Source: an uncultured Sphingomonadaceae bacterium (GTDB lineage: Bacteria; Pseudomonadota; Alphaproteobacteria; Sphingomonadales; Sphingomonadaceae). Taken from it: 64,000 nucleotides of DNA. Shown one piece after another: positions 1-9,760 of the stretch (positions are counted from its first letter, which is position 1; the number at the start of each line of letters is the position of its first letter). Where the stretch lies: positions 303,727 through 367,726 of the forward strand of contig CANLUL010000002.1 in the NCBI GenBank assembly GCA_947494305.1, read 5' to 3'. The position numbers and the translations under genes are program-made. The notes below the pieces were generated by a model that made no database searches, was not told the origin of the DNA, and saw only the letters and a list, made by a program, of their open reading frames with translations.

Positions 1-1236
1 CCCGATACAGGTAAATATCTCTGGCATTATCAAGCGACACCGGCTGAAACATGGGACTATACGGGTACACAGCACATTATTCAGGCGGAACTCGAAATAG
101 ACGGGCAGATGCGCAAGGTGCTGTATCAAGCGCCGAAAAACGGATTTTTCTTTGTCGTCGACCGGGTTGATGGCACGCTCATTGATGCCAATCCTTTTGT
201 CGACAATATCAATTGGGCCACTGGCTATAATCTGGATACCGGTCGTCCGATCGAAAATCCCGAAGCACGGTTCTACAAAACCGGAAAGCCCTTTATCGCC
301 ATTCCCGGTGCACTCGGAGCACATAACTGGCACCCTATGAGCTACAATCCGGCAACTGGGCTGGTCTACATTCCGGCACAGCAGATTCCGCAGGCTTATG
401 CTGTTCAGCAAAATGATTTTGACAAAAAACGTGAACGCAAGGGTTTCAATGTCGGTATGAGCATGACCGAAACATTGATCCCTGATGACATGGCGGCTTT
501 CAAGGCAGCGGTAGCAGGAACGACTGGGCGGCTGGTCGCATTCAATCCGAAGACCGGCAAGGTCGAATGGAGTCATGATTATCCGTCGGCCTGGAATGGT
601 GGTACCATGACAACGGCAGGAAACTTGGTGTTTCAAGGCACTGCTTTGGGTCAGTTCAAAGCCTATACCGCGGATAAGGGCGAAGAATTGCTCAGCCTCG
701 ATATGCAATCTGGGATCGTAAGTGCGCCTTCAACCTATATTGTAGATGGAGAGCAATATATTGCCTTTCTAACCAGCAAGGGTGGAGCATTCCCGCTCGC
801 TGCAGGTATTGCTGGCGGTGTATCTCGTACCATACCTAACATTCCGCGCCTCGTAGTACTGAAAATAGGCGGGAAAGCCGAACTGCCGGCACTTCCCGAA
901 AAATCGGAAGTGGTTTGGGATCCACCTGAGCAAACGGGAACGCCCGAGCAGATTGCAAGAGGCCGGGAACTCTACGGTCGCAATTGCCTGGTCTGTCACG
1001 GCGATAGCGCCATTGGTAATGGCTTCACGCCGGATCTGCGAATTTCCGGTGCTTTGCAATCCGCCGAGCTTTGGAAGTCGATTGTCGGAGATGGTGCGCT
1101 CAAGGATCAAGGCATGGTCGGATTTGGTGATCAGGTTAGTGATGAAGGCATCGAGGCTATGCGCCATTACGTGATTGAGCGTTCGCATTGGACCAAAGAA
1201 AATATTGCCGATCTAGCAGTGCCTGTGGTTCGATAA
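1..1236 (+). CDS. PQQ-dependent quinohemoprotein alcohol dehydrogenase (type II), 5'-truncated by the window edge
   Basis: Frame is open from base 1 (PDTGKYLWHYQATPAETWDYTG...). It has PQQ beta-propeller motifs (WDYTG, GAHNWHPMSYNP, GG.MTTAGNLVFQG) and a C-terminal c-type heme motif CLVCH. Confidence 0.9.
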   Translation, partial: PDTGKYLWHYQATPAETWDYTGTQHIIQAELEIDGQMRKVLYQAPKNGFFFVVDRVDGTLIDANPFVDNINWATGYNLDTGRPIENPEARFYKTGKPFIAIPGALGAHNWHPMSYNPATGLVYIPAQQIPQAYAVQQNDFDKKRERKGFNVGMSMTETLIPDDMAAFKAAVAGTTGRLVAFNPKTGKVEWSHDYPSAWNGGTMTTAGNLVFQGTALGQFKAYTADKGEELLSLDMQSGIVSAPSTYIVDGEQYIAFLTSKGGAFPLAAGIAGGVSRTIPNIPRLVVLKIGGKAELPALPEKSEVVWDPPEQTGTPEQIARGRELYGRNCLVCHGDSAIGNGFTPDLRISGALQSAELWKSIVGDGALKDQGMVGFGDQVSDEGIEAMRHYVIERSHWTKENIADLAVPVVR

Positions 1237-1247
1237 CGCAACGCCCC

Positions 1248-1296
1248 TGCCTGTTTTTTAAGCAGACTGGCATTGTTTCTGCCCACTTAATAAGCA
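1248..1296. promoter_or_regulatory. Tandem NtrC-type binding sites upstream of glnB
   Basis: Two TGC-N11-GCA boxes, TGCCTGTTTTTTAAGCA (1248-1264) and TGCCCACTTAATAAGCA (1280-1296), 32 bp apart, lie 63-111 bp upstream of a sigma54-like promoter. Confidence 0.65.
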
Positions 1297-1358
1297 GCGT
1301 TGAAACTGCTGTGGAATCGCTTTAGCTGTAATCTGCGATTCTTAGAGTGATTCCAAGT

Positions 1359-1373
1359 TGGCATGTTTTTTGA
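1359..1373 (+). promoter_or_regulatory. Sigma54 (-24/-12)-like promoter of glnB-glnA
   Basis: TGGCATG-TTTT-TTGA has the correct GG-N10-G spacing, but the -12 element reads GA instead of GC. Position is typical for alphaproteobacterial glnB. Confidence 0.55.
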
Positions 1374-1787
<414 letters not shown>

Positions 1788-1828
1788 CTCTTCTTAAAAC
1801 ACTCAAAAACATGAACGAGGAATAAAAC

Positions 1829-3241
1829 ATGGGTAACAGCACTTCAGACATTATGAAAATGATCAAAGAGCATGACATCGAGTGGGTTGATGTTCGCTTC
1901 ACCGATCCGCGCGGCAAATGGCAACATCTGTCCATGTGTGCCGAAGTAATTGACGAAGATGTGCTTGAAGAAGGCTTTATGTTTGATGGTTCTTCTATTG
2001 AAGGCTGGAAAGCGATTAACGAGTCCGACATGATCCTGCGTCCTGATCTGGATGCGGTTTACATGGATCCATTTTCAGCAACACCGATGATGATTTTGGT
2101 CTGCAATATTGTCGAGCCTGGCGATGGTTCACTTTACTCACGCGACCCACGCTCCACGGCTGTACGTGCAGAAGCCTATCTCAAGTCTACCGGCATTGGC
2201 GATACCGTCTATGTTGGTCCCGAGCCTGAATTCTTCATGTTTGACAATGTACAATTTGAAGATGGCTACGACCGTTCTGGTTTCCGCATTGACGATATTG
2301 AACTGCCGACCAATACGGGCCGTGAATATGATGTAGGCAATATGGGTCACCGTCCCCGCGCTAAAGGCGGTTACTTCCCAGTGGCACCGGTGGACAGCGC
2401 CGTCGATATTCGCGGTGAAATGGTTGCGACGATGATGGAAATGGGCCTGCCCATGGATAAGCATCATCACGAAGTGGCGGCCGCTCAGCACGAGCTTGGC
2501 ATAACTTTTGGTAAACTGACCGAAACATGTGACCGCACACAGGTTTACAAATATGTCGTACAGCAAGTTGCGCATGCCTATGGCAAGACAGCGACCTTTA
2601 TGCCGAAGCCGATCAAGGAAGATAATGGCTCTGGCATGCACACCCACATGTCTATCTGGAAAGAAGGTAAGCCCCTCTTCGCGGGCAATGAATATGCCGG
2701 TCTATCCGAAACATGTCTCCACTATATTGGTGGTGTGATCAAACATGCCAAAGCGTGTAACGCATTCACCAACGCGACAACCAACAGCTATAAACGTTTG
2801 GTTCCGGGTTTTGAAGCACCGGTGCTGCTGGCATATTCCAGTCGTAACCGCTCGGCTTCCTGCCGCATTCCTTATGGTACAGGCGACAAAGCGAAGCGGG
2901 TTGAATTTCGTTTCCCAGATGCTTTGGCTAACCCGTACCTGTCTGCCGCAGCATTGCTGATGGCTGGCCTCGACGGCATTGAGAATAAAATCCATCCTGG
3001 CGATGCTATGGATAAAAATCTCTATGATCTGCCACCTGCAGAACTAGCTGACGTGCCAACCGTTTGTGGTTCTTTGCGTGAAGCGCTGGAAGCGCTGGAA
3101 GCCGATCACGAATTCTTGCTCAAAGGGGATGTCTTCTCAAAAGATCAGATCGATGCTTATGCTGAACTGAAGTGGGAAGAAGTCAGCCGGATGGAAACCA
3201 CTCCCAATCCGGTCGAATTTGACATGTACTATAGCTCCTGA
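1829..3241 (+). CDS. glnA: Glutamine synthetase type I
   Basis: [19 protein letters not shown]...[16 protein letters not shown] and the adenylylation-site region NLYDLPP. Confidence 0.98.
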   Translation: MGNSTSDIMKMIKEHDIEWVDVRFTDPRGKWQHLSMCAEVIDEDVLEEGFMFDGSSIEGWKAINESDMILRPDLDAVYMDPFSATPMMILVCNIVEPGDGSLYSRDPRSTAVRAEAYLKSTGIGDTVYVGPEPEFFMFDNVQFEDGYDRSGFRIDDIELPTNTGREYDVGNMGHRPRAKGGYFPVAPVDSAVDIRGEMVATMMEMGLPMDKHHHEVAAAQHELGITFGKLTETCDRTQVYKYVVQQVAHAYGKTATFMPKPIKEDNGSGMHTHMSIWKEGKPLFAGNEYAGLSETCLHYIGGVIKHAKACNAFTNATTNSYKRLVPGFEAPVLLAYSSRNRSASCRIPYGTGDKAKRVEFRFPDALANPYLSAAALLMAGLDGIENKIHPGDAMDKNLYDLPPAELADVPTVCGSLREALEALEADHEFLLKGDVFSKDQIDAYAELKWEEVSRMETTPNPVEFDMYYSS

Positions 3242-3270
3242 TTTTTCCATTCAGGTTTAAATTCTGAAGG

Positions 3271-3300
3271 CCCGGGGCAAGCGATTGCTCCGGGTTTTTT
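3271..3300 (+). terminator. Rho-independent terminator of glnBA
   Basis: Stem CCCGGGGCAA / TTGCTCCGGG with a GCGA loop, followed by T6. Confidence 0.85.
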
Positions 3301-3469
3301 GCTCGTAATAAGAACACTGCTTTGGAAGTTTGGGCAATTTATCATTGGGAGTTTACTGACGCGCCCGCCATAACATTAAATGGAACGGCATAGGTCCTTG
3401 CGGTCGTATTGAGACCGGACCTAATTTGAGAGATAGATCCGTGAATGAATTTATATTGGAGCGCAGGCA

Positions 3470-4192
3470 ATGGACTTAAGTGGGAAGAACATATTATTGA
3501 CCGGTGGCAGTGCGGGTATTGGACGTGAGATCGCTCGTCAGTTAAAAGAAAAAGGTGCGCATGTAACCCTGACCGGCCGCAATCCGGAGCGTTTGGCAGC
3601 TATGAGCGATGAAGGTTTTGAAATCATTGCGGCCGATCTATCCAGTGCGAGGGGCGTCGACGCGTTGCTTGCGGAATGGGGTGGGAAAGATGTCGACATT
3701 CTGCTCAACAATGCTGGTCAGCTTGTCGACTATGATTTCAGAAACGGCGATCCAAGTGCTGATGCGACTGATGTGTGTATCTATTCCAATCTTAACGCGC
3801 CAATCCGATTGATCACCGGGCTAATGCCAAACCTGCGTGCGCGTCCGCAGGCAACCATTGTCAATGTCACCTCAGGTCTTGCAATCGCACCTGCCGCTCG
3901 AACGCCAGTATATTGTGCGACAAAGTCAGCGTTACGTTTTTTCACACTTGGTTTACGTGAACAACTTAAGGACACTAACATTAGTGTTGTGGAAGCACTA
4001 CCGCCCGTTGTCGATACGCAGATGAATGATGGCAACCCGATGAAAAAAATGTCACCTCACGAATGCGCGCGGCAAATTATCGCAGCTGTGGAACGAGACC
4101 GGAATGAAGCGAATATCGGTTCCACCAAAGCGTTGCGGATTGTCGAATCAATTTCACCAGTTCTTGCGCGGAAAATCACCCTGGGTTTTTGA
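3470..4192 (+). CDS. Short-chain dehydrogenase/reductase (DltE-like)
   Basis: TGGSAGIG Rossmann motif, NNAG, YCATK catalytic motif. Confidence 0.9.
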   Translation: MDLSGKNILLTGGSAGIGREIARQLKEKGAHVTLTGRNPERLAAMSDEGFEIIAADLSSARGVDALLAEWGGKDVDILLNNAGQLVDYDFRNGDPSADATDVCIYSNLNAPIRLITGLMPNLRARPQATIVNVTSGLAIAPAARTPVYCATKSALRFFTLGLREQLKDTNISVVEALPPVVDTQMNDGNPMKKMSPHECARQIIAAVERDRNEANIGSTKALRIVESISPVLARKITLGF

Positions 4193-4213
4193 GAGTGCGA
4201 ACAGACGGGTTGT

Positions 4214-4252
4214 CGTCATGGACAATTCCGGGATCCCAGACCGTCTTTGACG
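4214..4252. repeat. Possible degenerate CGTC-type REP remnant between convergent genes
   Basis: Bounded by CGTCA...TGACG like the two intact doublets in the window. The internal palindrome (GGAC-AAT-TCCGGGATCC) is imperfect. Confidence 0.3.
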
Positions 4253-4262
4253 CACAGTGGAT

Positions 4263-5240
4263 TTAGGTAACCATTCGTTCGATAAACCAATAGGTGGAGA
4301 TAATGCCGATCCCATAGGCTGTCGCTGTTTTTGTGGGTTGTAGCCAGGAAATTTGAAATCGTTTGATCAGGGCGAGCGCCGCAAGGCCGATGGCGACAAT
4401 GACCAGTTGTCCGATTTCAACACCAAGATTGAAGGTTAGGAGGGCCAGAGGGACATCATCTTTGGGCAGACCGATTTCCGCCAATGCTCCGGCAAACCCA
4501 AAGCCGTGAAGTAGGCCGAACAGGAAAGCCACGATCCATGGGAAGCGTTCTGAAAGGCGCTGTTCGTCCGGTTTTGCTTTTACAATCTCAACCGCGAGAA
4601 ACACGATCGATAACGCAATCACCGCCTCGACTGGTTGTGATGGCAGCGAGAGATAGCCAAGCGTTGTACCAATCAAAGTGACGCTATGCGCAATAGTGAA
4701 TGCCGTCACAGTCTTTGCCACTAACCATCCGCCCTTTAGCAGCAGCACCAGCGCCAATACGAACAGCAAATGGTCGAAGCCAAGTATGATATGTTCGACG
4801 CCGATAATGGTATAGGTTGATGCCACATTGGCGATCTCATCCTCTCCAGCAATCGTCGCAACCGGATCGTCTGGGGTCAAGCGGAGCGTCTGCACTTCTT
4901 CGTTCAGCGGTGCGACCCGAACCAGGGCGTCGGTGGACGAAAGTTCCAGTGCCTTCAATCCAATTTTTTGATCAGCAAGGGCCCCGTCGCAGGTCAGTTT
5001 GATGGTGGTCAGGATATTGCTGGCGGCAAACCGTTTTTGTGGCTCGCCAATTGGAGTGCAAGTCTCGGGGATGATGGCTTCGCCCGTCGCGCCCAGTCTC
5101 GATTGCGCAGAGGCTTTCCACAACAATGTCCAGTCGCCATCTTCTTGTTGTGTCAGCTCGACATAGGCTGGCCTGAGCTCATCGGCAAAAGCCGGTGCTC
5201 CCATCAACAGGCACGAAAGCAGGGCGAGAAAAAACCTCAT
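4263..5240 (-). CDS. HupE/UreJ-family membrane protein with N-terminal periplasmic domain
   Basis: Signal peptide ending ...AFA-DE, GVEHIILGFDHLLF, FTIAHSVTL, FGLLHGFGFA, FNLGVEIGQ. Confidence 0.88.
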   Translation of the reverse strand: MRFFLALLSCLLMGAPAFADELRPAYVELTQQEDGDWTLLWKASAQSRLGATGEAIIPETCTPIGEPQKRFAASNILTTIKLTCDGALADQKIGLKALELSSTDALVRVAPLNEEVQTLRLTPDDPVATIAGEDEIANVASTYTIIGVEHIILGFDHLLFVLALVLLLKGGWLVAKTVTAFTIAHSVTLIGTTLGYLSLPSQPVEAVIALSIVFLAVEIVKAKPDEQRLSERFPWIVAFLFGLLHGFGFAGALAEIGLPKDDVPLALLTFNLGVEIGQLVIVAIGLAALALIKRFQISWLQPTKTATAYGIGIISTYWFIERMVT

Positions 5241-6073
5241 TCGCGGCCTGCCACCCTTACATCATATTGCGAACGATATTGTTCGAGCGCGGTTTCTTCC
5301 TGCTGGGCCGTTTGCGCCGCGCGCCAGTCATTGGTCACGGCCTGCCGCACGTCATCCAGGGCCGCCGGTTTGCCAGGAGTTTTGGAGGTAATTTTAATCA
5401 GGTGCTGGCCAAAGCCGGAAGATACAGGGCCAACCCACTGTCCAGTTTCTAGTTGATCCAGATCGATAGAAAATTGCTCACCAAACTGGCGGGCAATATT
5501 GGCAGTATCGGCGCCTATCAGATTCTTGGGCAGCGAAATGGGTTTGGAAATGTCGGATGCTTCAACTGCGCCACTGTTTAAATCTTGCAGCAATTTTACG
5601 ATCTCTGTTTCACTCGCTGCTCCACCTTGCCCCAGATAGACTTGTTCCAAATCGTAACTGGCCGACAGACTATATTTGCCCTGATTTTGGTCCATCCATT
5701 GCTGTAACTCGGCATCGGTCGGCTCGTTTGCGGCGGCATCCTGATTGTTGAGAAAACGCATTTTGGTAAACATCCGCCGCCGGATCACCGCATCATTGCG
5801 ATCAAGCCCCAGGCGCAGGGCTTCGCGATAGTATATCTCTTCGGTAATCTCCTGATCAATCAGAGCGTCTAGTTCTTGCTGAGTAGGAGGGCGTCGGAAA
5901 TTTTGAATCCAACCCGCGCGCAGGCGGTCAATATTGGATTGATCCACGCTTATCGTATAGTCGGCCGGATCACGATTGGTGCCGGTCGCCCAGAAAAATC
6001 CGAAGACCAATAATGCCCCGCCCAAAAAATGGATCAGTGGTTCTTTGAGAATTTTAGGCATCTTGTTTGGCAC
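5237..6073 (-). CDS. Membrane-anchored PpiC/rotamase-type peptidyl-prolyl isomerase or chaperone
   Basis: N-terminal TM (EPLIHFLGGALLVF), SurA-N-like EEIYYREALRLGLDRND, and GQWVGPVSSGFGQHLI. Start could be 6073 (GTG) or 6061 (ATG). Stop overlaps the HupE start (ATGA). Confidence 0.8.
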   Translation of the reverse strand: MPNKMPKILKEPLIHFLGGALLVFGFFWATGTNRDPADYTISVDQSNIDRLRAGWIQNFRRPPTQQELDALIDQEITEEIYYREALRLGLDRNDAVIRRRMFTKMRFLNNQDAAANEPTDAELQQWMDQNQGKYSLSASYDLEQVYLGQGGAASETEIVKLLQDLNSGAVEASDISKPISLPKNLIGADTANIARQFGEQFSIDLDQLETGQWVGPVSSGFGQHLIKITSKTPGKPAALDDVRQAVTNDWRAAQTAQQEETALEQYRSQYDVRVAGRE

Positions 6074-6160
6074 GCATCCTTATTACTTTTCGATCTCGCC
6101 CTGTCGACGCAATTTTTCTCAAGCTTTCGATAGACTCAGGACAAATATGAGAGCGGCGAC

Positions 6161-8056
6161 CTATGCCTTTGGCGTATACCAAATGGGTGATGAGTAAGCG
6201 CGTTCCTGCTGTATTCTGATAACATCATCCGCCAATGTGATACCAAATTTTATGGCATCATATACCGGCCATGTTGGTGTCGGAATTTCAAGCACACGGA
6301 CATAGTAAAACGCATGCTGTGCAGCATCAAACTCAGGGTCCTGCCAGAACGTGACCAATTCTGGAGCGCCGCTGTCTTTGTCCCATGTGCCTTTCGCCAG
6401 ATCGACCGTGTTGGGAACAGGGGTCAGCTTGCCGTCTGCACCAATATTGCGATCATCTGCGTTGCTCCAACTGACATTGTAGACTTTCTCCTGAGACTTT
6501 CCGCTGGCATCAACCCAGCCTTTGACAACTTGGACACGGTCGAGGCCTGCACTTTCAGGATCCATCATCGCGCTGATCAGGAATTTCGGTGCCTCACCAT
6601 TACCGCCGGATAAATCACCGCCCATCGGTACGCCCTTGGCATAGCCAGCTTTGACCAGATCCGCGGTATCACCTTCCGCAAATTCAAATCCGCCAAAAAA
6701 GCGAACCGTCATCCGCGGGCCGGTAGTCGCATAGACTTCGCGGCGTTGGAAGGCATCGAAAATCGCTTCGCGGCTATTGCTGGTCGCCCATGCAGCGGCA
6801 TAGCCACTGGATAGATAGTGCCAGCCAAAACGACCTTCGCGCGTGCCTAGATTTTGCGGTTGCATGGCGCGGTCTTCGCGATTCAATTCATTTTGGCTGT
6901 GTTTGCCGAAGAAATTGTCTTCATCTGCGGTGGCCAAAGATGTGTGGCTATCGGTCGAACCGATCATACCGAATTTGAATGGATTGGCGCCGACGGTTTG
7001 CATCAGTTCCAGTCCGCGTTTCAATGCTTCGCGCGCATAGCTTCCGGCATAATCCTCTGGTTTGGTATCGCCGGTACAACTTAAGTTGCAATGATCCCAG
7101 CCGGCATCACCGAACCCGGCAAATTCATCATTGGGGGAGAGAAAGGGATGTGCTTCGCTATCCCCTTTGATCTGGGTAACTTCTACAACTGGCTCGTATT
7201 TGGCGCGGGTTTCGGCATAGGCTTTGTCAATCGGACTGCCGTCATATTTCTGCATTTCAAACATGCGACCGTTCGAGACATTGCTGTTATGCGGCATAGC
7301 TAGCATCTGGCCGCCAGTGTCTTTCTCATAGGCAGCCATATGCTCCCAGAGTTTCTCCGGATTCCCAGCAAATCCTTGCGAAGAATAAGGCAGAACCTGC
7401 GTTGTTTTTTCCGCTCCATCGCGGAACATCACGACACGGTGCAGATTATCGCCGCCGGGCATCGGGGTAAACTCATAACCCATGAAGGCAGTAAACTTGC
7501 CGGGGTCATTATATTCGTCAACGGTCTCACCATGGGCTTCCCAAAGATCTTTGGTGCGCTCGGCTTGATCTGCCGGATCGGTCAATTCTTCTGGTAAAGT
7601 TCCTTTGGCCGCGCCGTCAATAAGTTCAGCGGTAACTTGCAATGCACCTTCGTCGCTTTCGTTTAGCATATCATGCCAGCGCAGCAGAAATTCATTGCCA
7701 AGCAATGCAATGCGCGGCGCATCTTTAATCGCTTTTGTCGCACCCATCGCGTCGCTGTGATCGGCGATAACCAGAAAGTCGAGCGGCCGGGAGAGTTTTG
7801 CTTTTGCACCCTTCGTAGCGGTTACTTCTTCACCGCGTGCGAAGCGAAGTGCTTGTTCAGCGTTCAAACGATTACCGAAACCGAATGCATCAACGCTATT
7901 GTCGGTATGAAGGTGGGTGTCACCCCAGAAGACCTGTTCTGGAAACTCAGTATTTTCTAAGCTGCTGCCCGACCCGTTTGGATCATCACCAACATATTTG
8001 CATCCCGAAATGGCCAAAGCCGCACTGCAGGCGGCTATAAGTAAAGCTTTGCGCAT
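6161..8056 (-). CDS. DUF3604-family lipoprotein, PHP-like metal-dependent hydrolase fold
   Basis: Lipobox (MRKALL...AISG-C). PHP-type metal motifs WGDTHLHT, IADHS, GYEFT, NLHRVV, PHNSN, GSTDSHT. C-terminal YYVRVLEIPTPTW...QERAYSSPIWYTP. Confidence 0.82.
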   Translation of the reverse strand: MRKALLIAACSAALAISGCKYVGDDPNGSGSSLENTEFPEQVFWGDTHLHTDNSVDAFGFGNRLNAEQALRFARGEEVTATKGAKAKLSRPLDFLVIADHSDAMGATKAIKDAPRIALLGNEFLLRWHDMLNESDEGALQVTAELIDGAAKGTLPEELTDPADQAERTKDLWEAHGETVDEYNDPGKFTAFMGYEFTPMPGGDNLHRVVMFRDGAEKTTQVLPYSSQGFAGNPEKLWEHMAAYEKDTGGQMLAMPHNSNVSNGRMFEMQKYDGSPIDKAYAETRAKYEPVVEVTQIKGDSEAHPFLSPNDEFAGFGDAGWDHCNLSCTGDTKPEDYAGSYAREALKRGLELMQTVGANPFKFGMIGSTDSHTSLATADEDNFFGKHSQNELNREDRAMQPQNLGTREGRFGWHYLSSGYAAAWATSNSREAIFDAFQRREVYATTGPRMTVRFFGGFEFAEGDTADLVKAGYAKGVPMGGDLSGGNGEAPKFLISAMMDPESAGLDRVQVVKGWVDASGKSQEKVYNVSWSNADDRNIGADGKLTPVPNTVDLAKGTWDKDSGAPELVTFWQDPEFDAAQHAFYYVRVLEIPTPTWPVYDAIKFGITLADDVIRIQQERAYSSPIWYTPKA

Positions 8057-8153
8057 TGGTAATCCCCTCATCCTTTGGCAGAAAACTAAAGGGTCAAGAG
8101 CCATCACGCAAGAGATTCGTCATCATCAGTGCCGATAACAAGAAACCGTAGCG

Positions 8154-9758
8154 TCAACCCAGTACCCGCCGGAGAAATGATCTTTCTCGCAAAATGGCTT
8201 TGGCCGCATTGTGGCCAGGTGCACCCGTAACACCACCGCCCGGATGGGTGCCCGATCCGCACATATATAAACCTTTGAGAGGACCTTTGTAATTGGCTGA
8301 ACCAACCACGGGCCGAGCCGCCCAAAGCTGATCGAGAGACATGCGGCCATGGAAAATATCGCCACCAATCAGGCCAAATTTTCGTTCCAGGTCGAGCGGC
8401 GATAGCGCCATTTGACCGAGGATAAGTTTGCGGAAACCGGGGGCATGGCTTTCAACGATATTGAAGATTGCATCCACGGCGTTGTCGCGTTCATCATCCC
8501 AAGATCGACCGTCGCTGAATGAGGGCGCGAATTGCTGGCAAAACAGGCTGGCGACATGCTTACCGGGAGGGGCCAGGCTATCATCAATCAGGCTAGGGAT
8601 CAGCATCTCGACCACGGGTTTGCTGGAAAAACCATGGGTTCGAGCTTCCTGGTAGGCGCGGTCCATGTAATCTAGTGATGGTGCCATAATGATCCCGGAT
8701 TTCAGGTGATCTCCCTTGCCCATCAGGTCGGTGAAATCAGGCAAGTCATCTAAGGCAAGGTTCATCCGAAACGCACCCGATCCGCATTGGAAGCCGGCGA
8801 TCATCTGCCGAAAATCAGCGGGCAAATGCTCGGATGCGATCAAGCGATCATAGAGCAACTTTGGCCCGATATTGGCAACAATCCGGTCAGCGACGATTGT
8901 GGCGCCTGCCGCTGTACGTACACCCGTTATCTGCCCATCTTGAACCAACACATTTTCAACGGGAGTATCCAATTGAATCTCGACACCGGCCTCTTCACAA
9001 GCTTCAGCCATCAGTTGCGTGATCCGCCCCATTCCGCCAATCACATGGCCCCATTGCCCTTGCTTGCCATTCACTTCACCAAAGACATGATGCAGCAACA
9101 CATAGGCGCTGCCCGGTGTATCGGGGCTGGCATAGTTGCCAACAATGGCATCGAAACCGAATGCGGCCTTGATGGGATCACTTTCAAACCATTGATCGAG
9201 TAACTCGCGTGCGCTGAGTGTGAATAATTTGATGATATAATGCTGATCCAGGGATGATAATTTGGTGAACCTTCTCCCTTGCTGGATCGCAGCGAGCAAT
9301 GAAGCAGCGCCGCCCGCGCTATTGGGCGGAATGTGCAAGGCAAGGTCACGAAGAACCGATGCTGCTGTTTCCAGCATTTCATAATATGCCGGAAGACGTT
9401 CTGCATCTTTGGCAGAAATTTTTTTGATCTCCTGCTGGGTGGCTTCGGTCCCGCCGCCAACCAAAAGATACTGCCCATTACCAAGCGGTAGAAAATTGCT
9501 CTTTGGCCGTTCAAGCACGCGATAGCCGCGCGTCTCTAGCCCCATATCGGCAATGATTTTTGGTTGAAGCAACGAGACGGTATAACTGGCCGTGCTGTTG
9601 CGAAATCCAGGATGAAATTCCTCGGTCACAGCCGCACCGCCAATGACATTACGCGCTTCTAAAATGCGCACTTTCATCCCGGCGCGTGCCAGATAATAGG
9701 CACAGACAAGGCCGTTATGACCCCCGCCAATGATCAGGGCATCAGGCTTGGCAATCAC
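8154..9758 (-). CDS. NAD(P)/FAD-dependent oxidoreductase, phytoene-dehydrogenase-like (COG1233/PYROXD2-like)
   Basis: GGGHNGLVCAYYLA...LEAR..IGGAA FAD motif, GGDIFHG, LYMCGSGTHPGGGVTGAPGHNAA. Confidence 0.85.
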   Translation of the reverse strand: MIAKPDALIIGGGHNGLVCAYYLARAGMKVRILEARNVIGGAAVTEEFHPGFRNSTASYTVSLLQPKIIADMGLETRGYRVLERPKSNFLPLGNGQYLLVGGGTEATQQEIKKISAKDAERLPAYYEMLETAASVLRDLALHIPPNSAGGAASLLAAIQQGRRFTKLSSLDQHYIIKLFTLSARELLDQWFESDPIKAAFGFDAIVGNYASPDTPGSAYVLLHHVFGEVNGKQGQWGHVIGGMGRITQLMAEACEEAGVEIQLDTPVENVLVQDGQITGVRTAAGATIVADRIVANIGPKLLYDRLIASEHLPADFRQMIAGFQCGSGAFRMNLALDDLPDFTDLMGKGDHLKSGIIMAPSLDYMDRAYQEARTHGFSSKPVVEMLIPSLIDDSLAPPGKHVASLFCQQFAPSFSDGRSWDDERDNAVDAIFNIVESHAPGFRKLILGQMALSPLDLERKFGLIGGDIFHGRMSLDQLWAARPVVGSANYKGPLKGLYMCGSGTHPGGGVTGAPGHNAAKAILRERSFLRRVLG

Positions 9759-9760
9759 AG

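Noticed and set aside
8057-8107. Upstream extension of the DUF3604 ORF
   Set aside because: The lipoprotein signal peptide and RBS fit a start at 8056.
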